Positions 41,008-51,945 are shown, counted from the stretch's first letter. The stretch is 64,000 nucleotides of DNA from an uncultured Solirubrobacteraceae bacterium (GCA_963827105.1 CAWHAB010000010.1:316512-380511), one strand, 5' to 3'. A program made the numbers and translations. The notes: generated by a model from the sequence alone, not told the origin.

Positions 41008-42537
41008 TCAGGACGACACGCCCATCCCGGCCGGCGCGAACACGAACGGCTGCGCGGCGTTGGCGAGCGCGGCCGCGGAGACGCGCCGCGGCACCGGCGA
41101 GACGTAGCGGTAGGCGAGCAGGCCGTCGACGCTGACGCGCGCGAGCAGGTGGAAGCCCGGAGCGGGCGGCCGCGCGGCGCCCGGCAGCGGTTCCTCGCCG
41201 GTCTCGTCGATTTCGCTCACGAACACCGAGCTCCCGGCGGGGACTCGCCGCAGACCCGGAAGGTAGTACTCAAGCGGCGCGCTGCCGAACTCGACGGTCG
41301 TGATCACGCGGGCGCCACTGCCGTGCGCGATCGCGCTACTGAGGCCGCGCCAGTTTTCGCGCTGCAGTTCGGTGTCTCGATCGACGTCGAGCGTGACGGC
41401 GAGAAACGCAATCGCGATCACGGCCGCGATCGAGACGCCGACGCGGCCGGTGCCGGGCCAGACGACGATCACGGCGATCAGCGCGGTGACCGGGATCAGC
41501 GCGCCGATCAGGTTGCGCGGCGCGAGCACGTCGGTCCCCAGCGGAATCAGCAGCAGCGGGATCAGCACGCCGCATGCGATCACCGCGAGCAGCGGCAGCA
41601 GCAGCCGCAGCCGCCGCGGGCGCTCGCGCGCGCACCACAACCCGAACGCGAGCCCCGCGAGGATCGGCAGCGCGACGAGCAGCTCGATCTTGTTCCCGAG
41701 CACGCCGCCGCTGTAGCCGGTGAGGTAGTACTGCGGGATCGCGCGCAGGCGGCTCGAGAGCGCCCATTCGCCGATCCACTGCGAGGTGTGCCCGCCCTGC
41801 TGCGCGAGGATCAGCGGTACCAGCGCGGCGCCGACGAGCGCGAGCACGGCGATCGCGGGCGCGGCGGCGCGGCGCGTGCGCGGCTCCCACAGCAGCCACA
41901 GCACCATCCCGATCAGCAGGAACACGGCGAAGTAGTGGCTCAGCAGCGCGAGCGCGCCGCTCAGCGCGAACAGCGCCATGCGCCCGCGCGTCGGCTCGCG
42001 CAGGGCGCGCAGAAAGCACAGCAGCGCGAGCGCGGCGGCGAGCACGAACAGCGCGTAGGAGCGCGCCTCCTGGGAATACCAGACGAACAGCGGGTTGACC
42101 GCGACGAGCGCCGCGCAGACGATCGCGGCGCGGCGTCCGTCGAGCTCGCGGCCGATCGCCCAGGCGACGGGCACGGTCGCGATGCCGGCGAGCGCGGACG
42201 GGAGGCGCAGCGCGATCTCGCCGGTGCCGAGCACGCGCGCGTCGGCCCAGGCGAGCACGTACCACAGCGGCGGCGTGTTCTCCGAGCGCCCGACGTCGCG
42301 CAGCGTCGCCCACAGGCTCGCGTGAAGGACGAGCACGGGCGTGAACGCCTCGTCGAACCAGAAGCTCTGCAGGTTCAGCGTCGCGAGCCGCAGCGCGGCC
42401 GCGAGCAGGGTCAGCGCGAGCAGCGGCGACCAGCGCGCGAGCCAGGAGCGACTCGCCTCGCTCGCACCGGTCGCCTCGCTCGAGCGGTCTGCGGCGGGCG
42501 TGTAGGCGACCGCGCTCATCGTGGACACGCCTTCCAT
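41008..42537 (-). CDS. GT-C membrane glycosyltransferase (family 39/PMT_2, ArnT-like)
   Basis: QSFWFDE, ENTPPLWY, LRLPSAL, WYSQEARSYAL, LLSHYFA, multiple TMs. Confidence 0.9.
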   Translation of the reverse strand: MEGVSTMSAVAYTPAADRSSEATGASEASRSWLARWSPLLALTLLAAALRLATLNLQSFWFDEAFTPVLVLHASLWATLRDVGRSENTPPLWYVLAWADARVLGTGEIALRLPSALAGIATVPVAWAIGRELDGRRAAIVCAALVAVNPLFVWYSQEARSYALFVLAAALALLCFLRALREPTRGRMALFALSGALALLSHYFAVFLLIGMVLWLLWEPRTRRAAAPAIAVLALVGAALVPLILAQQGGHTSQWIGEWALSSRLRAIPQYYLTGYSGGVLGNKIELLVALPILAGLAFGLWCARERPRRLRLLLPLLAVIACGVLIPLLLIPLGTDVLAPRNLIGALIPVTALIAVIVVWPGTGRVGVSIAAVIAIAFLAVTLDVDRDTELQRENWRGLSSAIAHGSGARVITTVEFGSAPLEYYLPGLRRVPAGSSVFVSEIDETGEEPLPGAARPPAPGFHLLARVSVDGLLAYRYVSPVPRRVSAAALANAAQPFVFAPAGMGVSS

Positions 42538-42633
42538 GGCGTCGCCGTAGGCATGTGCAGAGCGTACGGCACAGATCGCCGCGCGGCAAAGCGCTGCACG
42601 CGGGCGGCCGCGCCGGCGCGTTACCCTGAGGCG

Positions 42634-43692
42634 ATGGACCAGGGCTATCGAGTGGCCGTCGTGGGGGCGACCGGACAGGTCGGCACGTTGATGCTGGCGC
42701 TGCTGCGCGAGCGCGCGTTCCCCGCGCGCGAGATCGTCGCGTTCGCATCGCAGCGCTCGGTCGGGCGCACGCTGACGGGCGCGGCCGGGGACGGCGGCGA
42801 TCTCGTCGTCCGGGGCCTCGACCGGGAGTCGATCCAGGGCTTCGACCTCGCGCTGTTCTCGGCTGGCGGCGCGACCTCAGGGGAATGGGCGCCGCGCTTC
42901 GTCGAGGCGGGCGCGACGGTGATCGACAACTCCTCGCACTGGCGCATGCGCGAGGACGTGCCGCTGGTCGTCAGCGAGGTCAACCCGGAGGCGCTCGACT
43001 CGCACCGCGGGATCATCGCCAACCCGAACTGCTCGACGATGCAGATGGTCGTGGCGCTCAAGCCGCTGCAGGACGAGGCCGGGATCGAGCGGCTCGTGAT
43101 CAGCACCTACCAGGCGGTGTCGGGGACGGGCAAGCGCGCGGTCGACGAGCTGCTCGGCCAGTCCCACGCGGTGCTGCACGAGCGCGCGATCGACGCGCCG
43201 GAGTCCTACGCGCACCAGATCGCGTTCAACGCGCTGCCCCATGCCGGCAGCTTCGCGGCCGGCGAGGACCACACCGACGAGGAGCGCAAGCTGATCAACG
43301 AGACGCGCAAGATCCTCGGCGACGAGTCGATCCGCGTGAGCGCGACGTGCGTGCGCGTGCCGGTCGTCAACGGCCACTCGGAGGCGGTCAACGTGGAAAC
43401 GCGCCGCGAGCTCAGCCCCGAGCGCGCGCGCAAGCTGCTGCTCGCCGCTCCGGGCGTGACCGTGCTCGATGACCCGGCCGCCGGGCTGTACCCGCTGGCG
43501 ATCGACGCGACGGGCAAGGACGACGTGTTCGTCGGGCGCATCCGCCGCGATCCCGGCAACGAGCGCGCGCTCGACCTGTGGATCGTCGCCGACAACCTGC
43601 GCAAGGGCGCCGCGACGAACGCCGTGCAGCTGGCAGAGCTCGTGCACGAGCGCGGATTGGCGCGCACGCCGGCGGCTGCTTCGCGCGCATAG
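42634..43692 (+). CDS. asd: Aspartate-semialdehyde dehydrogenase
   Basis: VAVVGATGQVG, IDNSSHWRM, IIANPNCST, STYQAVSG, TCVRVPVVNGHSE, DNLRKGAATNAVQ. Confidence 0.97.
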   Translation: MDQGYRVAVVGATGQVGTLMLALLRERAFPAREIVAFASQRSVGRTLTGAAGDGGDLVVRGLDRESIQGFDLALFSAGGATSGEWAPRFVEAGATVIDNSSHWRMREDVPLVVSEVNPEALDSHRGIIANPNCSTMQMVVALKPLQDEAGIERLVISTYQAVSGTGKRAVDELLGQSHAVLHERAIDAPESYAHQIAFNALPHAGSFAAGEDHTDEERKLINETRKILGDESIRVSATCVRVPVVNGHSEAVNVETRRELSPERARKLLLAAPGVTVLDDPAAGLYPLAIDATGKDDVFVGRIRRDPGNERALDLWIVADNLRKGAATNAVQLAELVHERGLARTPAAASRA

Positions 43693-43738
43693 CGCCCGCG
43701 CTGCAGGAGTCGCGCGAGATCGCGCGAATGGTTGAGCG

Positions 43739-44785
43739 ATGGTCTCTTCGGAGGTGCAGCGCACGCTGGTCAAGTCCCCGCCCGAGCTGTGGGCGGAGCT
43801 GAGCGACCCCGTCTCGCTCGCGCGCCACCTGAGCGCGCTCGGAGAGGTCCGGATCACGCATGTCGAGCTCGAGGAGCGGGTCGAGTGGGAGGCCGAGAAG
43901 ACCACCGGCGCGGTCTCGATCAAACCGTCGGGCTGGGGCACGAAGGTGACGCTCAGCGTCACGCGCGAGATGAAGGTGCTCTCTCTGCCGCCGAGCACCG
44001 CTGCTGAGACGGAGACGGCGAGCGCAGCAGCCACCGAGGCCGGAGCGGCGGCCGAGGGCGAGCGGGCGCCGCAGGCCGCGGCTGCATCCGAGCTGGCCCC
44101 GAGCCTCGAGCCGGCGCCCGCGTCTGAGCCTGCGCCAGCCGCCGCCGAGCCGGCCGGGCAGCCGGCGCCGCAGATGCGCGCGGAGTTCGAGCACGAGACG
44201 ATGCCAGAGCCGGTGCAGGCGGACGTCGGGCGTCAGCCGGCGCTGCAGCCCGACGCGCCACCGAGCGGCACGTCGCCGGCCGGGCAGCAACCCGAACCAG
44301 CGCCGCGCCGCGGCCTGTTCGCGCGCCTGTTCGGGCGGCGGGAGTCGAAGAACCCTGCGCCGGGCGCCAGCTCCGCGGCGCCCGCGGCTGAGCCCTCTGT
44401 GAGCGTCGGCGCCCGCGAGCACTCAGCGCAGCCGAGCCCTGCCGGGCAACCGAAGCCGCAGCAGGCGGTGGTGCCCGCGCCGGACGCGATCGTCGTGCCG
44501 CCCGAGCTTGCCGAGCTGCTCGTCAGCGCGGTCACCGCGCAGGCGGCGTCACGGCCGGCGACCGCAGCTGTCGCCGAGCCGGCCGTCCCCGAGGCGCCGG
44601 CAGTGGACCCGGCCGAGACGGCGGACCTCGCCGCGACCCCGGACCTGACCGCGACGCCGGACCTCACCGCGGCGCCGGACCTGGCCGCGGAGCTTCTCGC
44701 CGCCGAGGAGGAGGTGACCGCGGTGCTGACCGCGGTCCTCGACCGACTCGGCGCAGCGCACCACCGGCCGTTCTCGCGTTCCTAG
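43739..44785 (+). CDS. Hypothetical protein: SRPBCC/START-like N-domain, long Ala/Pro/Glu disordered linker, C-terminal helix
   Basis: SEVQRTLVKSPPELWAELSD...RVEWE...VSIKPSGWGTKVTLSV. Ends VLTAVLDRLGAAHHRPFSRS. Confidence 0.7.
   Translation: MVSSEVQRTLVKSPPELWAELSDPVSLARHLSALGEVRITHVELEERVEWEAEKTTGAVSIKPSGWGTKVTLSVTREMKVLSLPPSTAAETETASAAATEAGAAAEGERAPQAAAASELAPSLEPAPASEPAPAAAEPAGQPAPQMRAEFEHETMPEPVQADVGRQPALQPDAPPSGTSPAGQQPEPAPRRGLFARLFGRRESKNPAPGASSAAPAAEPSVSVGAREHSAQPSPAGQPKPQQAVVPAPDAIVVPPELAELLVSAVTAQAASRPATAAVAEPAVPEAPAVDPAETADLAATPDLTATPDLTAAPDLAAELLAAEEEVTAVLTAVLDRLGAAHHRPFSRS
44624..44695 (+). repeat. 18-bp tandem repeat x4 (DL[A/T]A[T/A]P)
   Basis: gacctcgccgcgaccccg / gacctgaccgcgacgccg / gacctcaccgcggcgccg / gacctggccgcggagctt. 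Confidence 0.85.
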
Positions 44786-45120
44786 CGCGTGATCGTGAAG
44801 GTGCCGGCTACGGTCGGCCCGGCGGCGTTGCGCGGCGTGGCGGTCAGGCGGTCGGAGCGCAGAGCGAGCGCGCGACCCGGTGCGGCCCCCGAGCGTGTTC
44901 ACGGCCACCAGCTCGTAGTGGTAGGTCGTGCCGGGCGCAAGGCCGGCGATCGGCGCCGCGACCGCGCTCGCGGCGAGCGACGGCGCGAGCGCCTGCGCGG
45001 CCGTGCTGCTCGCGAACGCGCTCGTGGGGCCGTAGCTGAAGTACCAGCTCGTCGCCGCAGCACCGGGGTCGACGGCGCCCGCGATCGTCGCCGTCGTCTG
45101 CCCGACCGGTCGCCCCTCAC
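44782..45120 (-). pseudogene. Remnant of a secreted protein: FnIII-like domain plus C-terminal tail fragment
   Basis: VGQTTATIAGAVDPGAAATSWYFSYGPTSAF...IAGLAPGTTYHYELVAVN, then in another frame RLTATPRNAAGPTVAGTFTITR*. No signal peptide. Confidence 0.6.
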
Positions 45121-45160
45121 TCCGGGGCGGGAGACGGGGCGCGGGTAATATGCGCGCCCC

Positions 45161-46801
45161 ATGGCCAGCAGCTCCCACGACCGCCAGTCCGACGCAGCGC
45201 TGCTCGCCGCGTCGCGCGGCGGGCACCGCAAGGCCGCGCGCCAGAAGGCGCCGGAGACCTACGAGGAGAAGCTTGCGCAGCTGCACGAGCTGCGCGAGGC
45301 GGCGCTGCACTCGGCGCCGGAGGCGGAGGAGAAGCAGCACGCGCGCGGCAAGTACACCGCGCGCGAGCGCGTTGAGAAGCTGCTCGACGAGGGCTCCTTC
45401 CACGAGCTCGACACGTTCGTGCGCCATCGCACCTACGACTTCGACATGCAGAAAAACCGGCCCTGGGGCGACGCGGTGGTGACCGGCCACGGCACGATCG
45501 ACGGACGCACGGTGTGCGTCTTCAGCCAGGACTTCACCGTCTTCGGCGGCTCGCTCGGCGAGGTGATGGGCGAGAAGATGTGCAAGATCATGGACCTGGC
45601 GGCGAAGATCGGCTGCCCGGTGATCGGCATCAACGACTCCGGCGGCGCGCGCATCCAGGAGGGCGTCGTCTCGCTCGGCTCCTACGGCGACGTGTTCCTG
45701 CGCAACGTGCGCAGCTCGGGCGTGATCCCGCAGATCAGCCTGATCATGGGGCCGTGCGCGGGCGGCGCGGTGTACTCGCCGGCGATCACCGACTTCATCT
45801 TCATGGTCAAGGAGACCTCGCACATGTTCATCACCGGCCCCGACGTGATCAAGACGGTCACCGGCGAGGAGGTCGGCTTCGAGGAGCTCGGCGGCGCGAT
45901 GTCACACAACACGAAGTCCGGCGTCGCGCAGTTCGCCTCCGAGGACGAGGACGCCTGCCTGGAGGACTGCCGCTACCTGATCGGCTTCCTGCCGCAGAAC
46001 AACCTGCAGACCGCGCCCCGCGTGGAGCCGGCGGATGACCCGCTGCGGATGGACCCGGCGCTCGACAGCGTCGTGCCGGACAACCCCAACAAGCCGTATG
46101 ACATGCGCAACGTCGTCAAGCTGATCGTCGACGAGGAGGACTTCTTCGAGGTCCATGAGCACTACGCGAAGAACATCATCTGCGGCTTCGCGCGCCTGGA
46201 CGGGCTGTCGGTCGGGATCGTCGGCAATCAGCCCGCGCAGCTGGCGGGCGTGCTCGACATCGACGCCTCGGCGAAGGCGGCTCGCTTCGTGCGCACCTGC
46301 GACGCCTTCAACATCCCGATCGTGACGTTCTGCGACGTCCCGGGCTTCCTGCCGGGCACCGCGCAGGAGTGGGGCGGGATCATCCGCCACGGCGCGAAGC
46401 TGCTGTACGCGTTCGCCGAGGCGACCGTGCCGAAGATCACGATCATCACGCGCAAGGCCTACGGCGGCGCCTACGACGTGATGTCCTCCAAGCACCTCGG
46501 CGCGGACTTCAACTTCGCGTGGCCGACCTCGGAGGTCGCGGTGATGGGCCCGGAGGGCGCCGTCAACATCATCTACAGGCGCGACATCGCCGGCAGCCCG
46601 ACCCCGCAGGAGCGCCGCGAAAAGCTGATGGAGGACTACAAGGCGCGCTTTGCGAACCCCTACACGGCGGCCGAGCGCGGCTACATCGACGATGTGATCG
46701 TCCCCCACGAGACGCGCCCGCGGCTGATCAGCGCGCTGCACACGCTCGCGAGCAAGCGCGAGCCCGGGCCGAAACGCAAGCACGGCAACATCCCGCTGTG
46801 A
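45161..46801 (+). CDS. pccB: Acyl-CoA (propionyl-CoA-like) carboxylase carboxyltransferase beta subunit
   Basis: [57 protein letters not shown]. Confidence 0.95.
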   Translation: MASSSHDRQSDAALLAASRGGHRKAARQKAPETYEEKLAQLHELREAALHSAPEAEEKQHARGKYTARERVEKLLDEGSFHELDTFVRHRTYDFDMQKNRPWGDAVVTGHGTIDGRTVCVFSQDFTVFGGSLGEVMGEKMCKIMDLAAKIGCPVIGINDSGGARIQEGVVSLGSYGDVFLRNVRSSGVIPQISLIMGPCAGGAVYSPAITDFIFMVKETSHMFITGPDVIKTVTGEEVGFEELGGAMSHNTKSGVAQFASEDEDACLEDCRYLIGFLPQNNLQTAPRVEPADDPLRMDPALDSVVPDNPNKPYDMRNVVKLIVDEEDFFEVHEHYAKNIICGFARLDGLSVGIVGNQPAQLAGVLDIDASAKAARFVRTCDAFNIPIVTFCDVPGFLPGTAQEWGGIIRHGAKLLYAFAEATVPKITIITRKAYGGAYDVMSSKHLGADFNFAWPTSEVAVMGPEGAVNIIYRRDIAGSPTPQERREKLMEDYKARFANPYTAAERGYIDDVIVPHETRPRLISALHTLASKREPGPKRKHGNIPL

Positions 46802-46995
46802 GCCTGCGTGCGACGTCCGCCTCGCCCGAGGAGGCAGCCGCGATCGTCGCCGCGCTGGAGCGCTTCAAGCACGCCACGACGGCCCCTTCGTCGCCCGCGC
46901 CGAGCGAGCCGGAGGGATGGCGCCAGAGCGCGCTGCTGGAAGGGATCTCGCGGGCTCCGAGCAGCGACGCAGCCAACCCCTGGATAAATACCTGA
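46798..46995 (+). CDS. Acyl-CoA carboxylase epsilon subunit-like protein
   Basis: GTGA overlap with pcc[17 protein letters not shown]...[11 protein letters not shown] is typical of AccE/PccE. Confidence 0.75.
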   Translation: MSLRATSASPEEAAAIVAALERFKHATTAPSSPAPSEPEGWRQSALLEGISRAPSSDAANPWINT

Positions 46996-47088
46996 AAGCC
47001 GCTAGGCTTTAGCCTCAATAGTCGTTCGCCGACAGCTACGTCGAACCAGCAGCCCGGGGCTGAGCTTCCCGGATCAGGAGGTTTTTGC

Positions 47089-48916
47089 ATGGAGTCAGGT
47101 TCCATCTCTGCCCAGCGCGGCACCCTCGCGGACCCCGAGGTCCTGCAGAACGTCCCTGGACACGTGATCCCGATCCTCGAGCGCGAGTTCGACGACTTCA
47201 AGACCGAGTCGACGAAATACCTCTCCGGCGAGACGCCCGAAGACGAGTTCATCAAGTTCCGTCTCAAGCAGGGCGTCTACGGTCAGCGCCAGGCCGACGT
47301 GCAGATGATTCGCGTGAAGCTGCCGTTCGGCGGGATCACCCCCGAGCAGATGGAGGCGTTCGCGACGGTCATCGAGAAGTACGTGCCGCTGAACAAGGGC
47401 CACGTCACGACGCGCCAGAACATCCAGATGCACCACATCCCGCTACCGGAGGCGGAGAAGGCGATCCGCGAGCTCGGCGACGCCGGCCTGTCGAGCCGCG
47501 AGGGCTGCGGCAACACGGTGCGCAACGTGACCGGCGACCCGTGGGCGGGCGTCGCCAAGGACGAGCTGTTCGACCTCACGCCCTACGCGGGCGCGTACGT
47601 GCGCTACTTCGTGCGCCACCCGACGACGCAGGCGATGCCGCGCAAGATCAAGACATCCTTCGACGGCAGCCCGCGCGACCGCGCGATCAGCGGCATCCAC
47701 GACATCGCCTTCCGCGCGCGCACGCGTGAGATCGACGGGCGCGGCGAGGTTCGCGGCGTCGAGATCATGGTCGGCGGCGGCACTTCGATCATGCCGCGGG
47801 TGGCGCCGGTGCTGTACGAGTTCGTCGAGCTCGACAACGGCGACTACCTGAAGATCGCCGAGGCCGTCTTCCGCATCTTCGACCGCCAGGAGTGGCTGCG
47901 CGCCAACCGCGCCCGCGCGCGCATCAAGGTGTTCGTCGACAAGTACGGCATCGACGAGCTGCGCAACCAGGTCGAGGAGGAGCTGAAGGGCGACTGGGTC
48001 GGCGAACGCGACTTCTCGATCGAGCAGCGCCTGTTCCTCGACGACGAGCGCGAGTCGGCGCCGGCGCCGGCCTCCAGCTACGGCAGCCCCAACGGCGACC
48101 TGTCGGCGTTCGAGCGCTTCCGCGCGGCGAACGTCGCCGAGCAGAAGCAGGAGGGCTTCGTGACGGTCGAGGTCGAAGATCACGCGCGGCGACCTCAGCC
48201 CCGAGCAGTTCCGGGGCCTCGCGAAGATCATGCGCGACTACGCCGGCGGCTATGCGCGAACGACCGTACAGCAGAACTTCGTGCTGCGCTGGGTGCGCGA
48301 GGAGAGCGTCTATGACCTCTGGCGGGCGCTCTCGGAGCTCAGCCTCGGCGACGCCGGCTCGCGCGAGATCAACGATGTCGTCTCCTGCCCCGGCACGGAC
48401 TCGTGCAAGCTCGGGATCACGAGCTCGATGGGCCTCAACCAGGCGATCCAGGAGCGCATCGAAGCGATGGAGATCAGCGATGAGATCACGCGCAAGCTGA
48501 ACATCAAGATCTCCGGCTGCCCGAACGGCTGCGGCCAGCACCACGTCGGCAGCATCGGCTTCACCGGCGCGTCGATCAAGGTGGGAGAGCACACGATCCC
48601 CGCCTACATCCCCCACGTCGGCGGCGTCTTCGAAGGCGGCGAGGTCAAGTTCGGCACGCGTCTGAAGCTGCGCCTGCCCTCCAAGCGCATCCCCGATGCG
48701 ATCGAGCGCTGGATCGGCCACTACGAAGCGAACCGCGGCGAGGGCGAGGAGTGGAACGACTTCGTCGGCCGCGTCGGCACGGGCGAGCTGGAGGCACTTG
48801 TCAAGGATCTGTCGCTGCCTGTCGACTTTGGACTGGAGTCGATGAACGAGTTCATCGACTGGAACCGCAACGTGCCGTTCGAAGTGATTCGCGGCGAGGG
48901 TGAGTGCGCGGTATAG
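47089..48916 (+). CDS. sir: Ferredoxin-type sulfite (nitrite/sulfite) reductase, one frameshift near 48175
   Basis: FRLKQGVYGQRQ, HVTTRQNIQ, GNTVRNV, MPRKIK. Siroheme/4Fe-4S motifs SCPGTDSCKLG and KISGCPNGC. First gene of the cys operon, with RBS AGGAGG. Confidence 0.9.
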
Positions 48917-48976
48917 CGCGCACGAGCCCGGCGCGCGCTATAGATCAGATGCGATGAAGAGACGAGGCGAGAGCAG

Positions 48977-49648
48977 ATGCAATCACTAGACAGCCAAAAA
49001 CAGGAGGCCACCTCCGTGTCCGACGCTGCGCTCAGTCTGACCCACACGCTCCGTGAGGCGGCTCGTCATGGCGAACGTGCTGTGCTGCTCTGCTCCTTCC
49101 AGAAGGAGGAGTCCGTCCTGCTCGACGAGCTGCTGCGGCTCGACCAGGGCACATCCGACGCGGTGCGGATCGTGACGATCGACACCGGCGTGCTGTTTCC
49201 CGAGACGCTCGCCACCTGGAAGGCCTTCGAGGAGCGCTTCGGCGTGAAGATCGAGGTGCAGGACGCGAGCAGCCCGCGCGAGCCGTGGAGCGGGCCCGAG
49301 CACTGCTGCTCGGTCGCGAAGGTCGCGGCGCTCGAAAGCTCGCTGGCCGGCGCCGAGGGGTGGATCACGGGCATCCGCCGCGAGCAGGGCCCCACGCGCG
49401 CGGAGACGCAGCTGATCGAACGCGACGAGAAACGCGGCCTGTGGAAGTACAACCCGCTCGCACACTGGACCGACAAGGACCTGTGGCGGCGCATCCACGA
49501 GCGCGACCTCCCCTACAACCCGCTTCACGACCAGGGCTATGAGTCGATCGGCTGCGCGCCGTGCACGCAGCCTGGATCGGGCCGCGAGGGCCGCTGGGCG
49601 GGCACCGACAAGACCGAGTGCGGGCTGCACATCGAGGTCGTCGAGTAG
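48977..49648 (+). CDS. cysH: Adenosine 5'-phosphosulfate/PAPS reductase
   Basis: IDTG, CC..K, WITGIRREQ, YNPLHDQGYESIGCAPCT, GRW, ECGLH. CC and CxxC indicate the 4Fe-4S APS-reductase type. Confidence 0.94.
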   Translation: MQSLDSQKQEATSVSDAALSLTHTLREAARHGERAVLLCSFQKEESVLLDELLRLDQGTSDAVRIVTIDTGVLFPETLATWKAFEERFGVKIEVQDASSPREPWSGPEHCCSVAKVAALESSLAGAEGWITGIRREQGPTRAETQLIERDEKRGLWKYNPLAHWTDKDLWRRIHERDLPYNPLHDQGYESIGCAPCTQPGSGREGRWAGTDKTECGLHIEVVE

Positions 49649-49650
49649 CG

Positions 49651-50568
49651 ATGAACGTCGCCGCCCGCCCCCAGCTGAGCCACCTGCGCGCGCTCGAGTC
49701 CGAGGCGATCCACGTGATGCGCGAGGTCGCCGCCGAATTCGAGCGTCCGGTGCTGCTGTTCAGCGGCGGCAAGGACTCGATCGTGCTGCTGCGGCTCGCC
49801 GAGAAGGCATTCCGCCCGGCGCCGTTCCCGTTCCCGCTGATGCACGTCGACACCGAGCACAACTTCCCCGAGGTGATCGAGTACCGCGACCGCCGCGTCG
49901 CAGAGCTCGGCGAGCGCCTGATCGTGGCGAGCGTGCAGGACTCGATCGACAACGGCCGCGTCGTCGAGGAGACCGGCCCGCGCGCCTCGCGCAACAAACT
50001 GCAGACGGTGACGCTGCTGGATGCGATCGCCGAGCACGGCTTCGACGCGGCCTTCGGCGGCGCGCGCCGCGATGAGGAGCGCGCCCGCGCGAAGGAGCGG
50101 ATCCTCTCCTTCCGCGACGAGTTCGGCCAGTGGGACCCCAAGAACCAGCGCCCGGAGCTGTGGAACCTGTACAACGGCCGCCTGCGCAAGGGCGAGAACG
50201 CGCGCGTGTTCCCGCTGTCGAACTGGACCGAGCTCGACGTCTGGGAGTACATCGACCAGGAGCAACTGGAGGTCCCCTCGATCTACTTCTCCCATCAGCG
50301 CAAGGTCTTCAAGCGCGACGGCATGCTCTACGCCTGGCGGGAGGGCACCGAACTGATCGACGGCGAGGAGATCTTCGACGAGACCGTGCGCTACCGCACG
50401 GTCGGCGACATGAGCTGTACGGGCGGCGTGCGCTCCAACGCGGCGACGCTCGAGGAGGTCGTGCTGGAGATCGCCGCGACGACGATCACCGAGCGAGGCG
50501 AGACGCGCGCGGACGACCGCGTCTCGGAGGCCGCGATGGAGGACCGCAAGAAGGCCGGTTACTTCTAG
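49651..50568 (+). CDS. cysD: Sulfate adenylyltransferase subunit 2
   Basis: LFSGGKDS, GGARRDEERARAKER, WDPKNQRPELW, MEDRKKAGYF. Confidence 0.97.
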   Translation: MNVAARPQLSHLRALESEAIHVMREVAAEFERPVLLFSGGKDSIVLLRLAEKAFRPAPFPFPLMHVDTEHNFPEVIEYRDRRVAELGERLIVASVQDSIDNGRVVEETGPRASRNKLQTVTLLDAIAEHGFDAAFGGARRDEERARAKERILSFRDEFGQWDPKNQRPELWNLYNGRLRKGENARVFPLSNWTELDVWEYIDQEQLEVPSIYFSHQRKVFKRDGMLYAWREGTELIDGEEIFDETVRYRTVGDMSCTGGVRSNAATLEEVVLEIAATTITERGETRADDRVSEAAMEDRKKAGYF

Positions 50569-50676
50569 GATGCCTGCGTCGGCATCCAGCCGCCGCCCCG
50601 ATGAGGACGTCCGCTCTCGTGGCGGCCGCGACCGGGGCCTGCGGCCCCGCTCATACGAATCGCGCCACTGCCTGCG

Positions 50677-51945
50677 ATGACTCTGGATCTGTTGCGCTTC
50701 ACGACCGCGGGCTCGGTCGATGACGGCAAGAGCACGCTGATCGGGCGGCTGCTGTTCGACAGCAAGCAGGTCTTCCAGGACCAGCTCGAACACGTCGCCG
50801 AGGCCAGCGCCCGGCGCGGCGGCGAGGGGACATTCGACCTCGCGCTGCTGACCGACGGGCTGCGCGCGGAGCGCGAGCAGGGGATCACGATCGATGTCGC
50901 CTACCGCTACTTCGCGACGGCCAAGCGGCGCTTCATCATCGCCGACTGCCCCGGCCACCGCCAGTACACGCGCAACATGGTCACCGGCGCCTCCACGGCG
51001 GACGTCTCGGTCGTGCTGATCGATGCCCGCCGGGGCGTGCTCGAGCAGTCAAAGCGCCATGCCTTCATCAGCGCGCTGCTGGGGATCCCGGAGATGGTCG
51101 TCGCGATCAACAAGATGGATCTCGTCGACTACTCGCAGGAGCGCTACGAGCAGCTCGTCGCGGAGTTCGAGGGCTTCTCGGGCAAGCTCAGCGGCGTCAA
51201 GCAGATCTCCTACATCCCGATGTCTGCGCTCAACGGCGACAACGTGGTCGAGCGCTCGCAGCAGATGAACTGGTATGACGGGCCGGTCCTGCTCGACCTG
51301 CTCGAGAACGTCGAGGTCGCCTACGACCACCCCGACGACAAGCCCGCGCGGTTCCCCGTGCAGTGGGTGATCCGCCCGGCGAACGGGACCGACGACGGCG
51401 ACTATCGCGGCTACTCCGGCCAGCTCGCCAGCGGCGCGCTGCGGCGCGGCGACGAGGTCGCTGTCCTGCCCGGAGGGGGGCGCACGCGAATCGCCGCAAT
51501 CGACACCTACGACGGCGAGCTCGACGAGGCGATGGCGCCGATGTCGCTGACGCTGCGCCTCGAGGACGAGCTCGATGTCTCGCGCGGCGAGCTGATCTGC
51601 CACCCGGCCGAGGCGCCGGTGCTGGCGCGCGAGCTCGAAGCGGACGTCTGCTGGATGACCGACGAGCTGCTGCGCCCCGGCTCGCGCTACCTGCTCAAGC
51701 AGACCACGCGCGGCGCCACCGCGATCATCGACGCGATCGACGACCTCGTCGACGTGCACACGCTCGAGCGCGTCGTCGCGCCGCAGGAGCTCGGCCTGAA
51801 CGACATCGGCCGCGTGCGCCTGCGCGTCAGCGCGCCGCTCGTCATCGACCCGTACACGAGCAACCGCCGCACCGGCAGCTTCATCCTGATCGACGAGTCG
51901 AGCAACGCGACCGTCGGCGCGGGGATGATCGCGGCCGCCGCCTGA
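50677..51945 (+). CDS. cysN: Sulfate adenylyltransferase subunit 1 (GTPase), no APS kinase domain
   Basis: AGSVDDGKSTLIGRLL, EREQGITIDVAYRYF, NKMD, TGSFILID. Confidence 0.97.
   Translation: MTLDLLRFTTAGSVDDGKSTLIGRLLFDSKQVFQDQLEHVAEASARRGGEGTFDLALLTDGLRAEREQGITIDVAYRYFATAKRRFIIADCPGHRQYTRNMVTGASTADVSVVLIDARRGVLEQSKRHAFISALLGIPEMVVAINKMDLVDYSQERYEQLVAEFEGFSGKLSGVKQISYIPMSALNGDNVVERSQQMNWYDGPVLLDLLENVEVAYDHPDDKPARFPVQWVIRPANGTDDGDYRGYSGQLASGALRRGDEVAVLPGGGRTRIAAIDTYDGELDEAMAPMSLTLRLEDELDVSRGELICHPAEAPVLARELEADVCWMTDELLRPGSRYLLKQTTRGATAIIDAIDDLVDVHTLERVVAPQELGLNDIGRVRLRVSAPLVIDPYTSNRRTGSFILIDESSNATVGAGMIAAAA

Noticed and set aside
44624-44695. CRISPR-like repeat
   Set aside because: Contiguous in-frame 18-bp coding repeats with no spacers and no cas genes.
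46980-47088. Possible SAM riboswitch or Rrf2/CymR site upstream of the cys operon
   Set aside because: Too short and lacking SAM-I or SAM-IV core motifs. ATACCTGAAAGCCGCTAGGCTT only loosely resembles an Rrf2 site.
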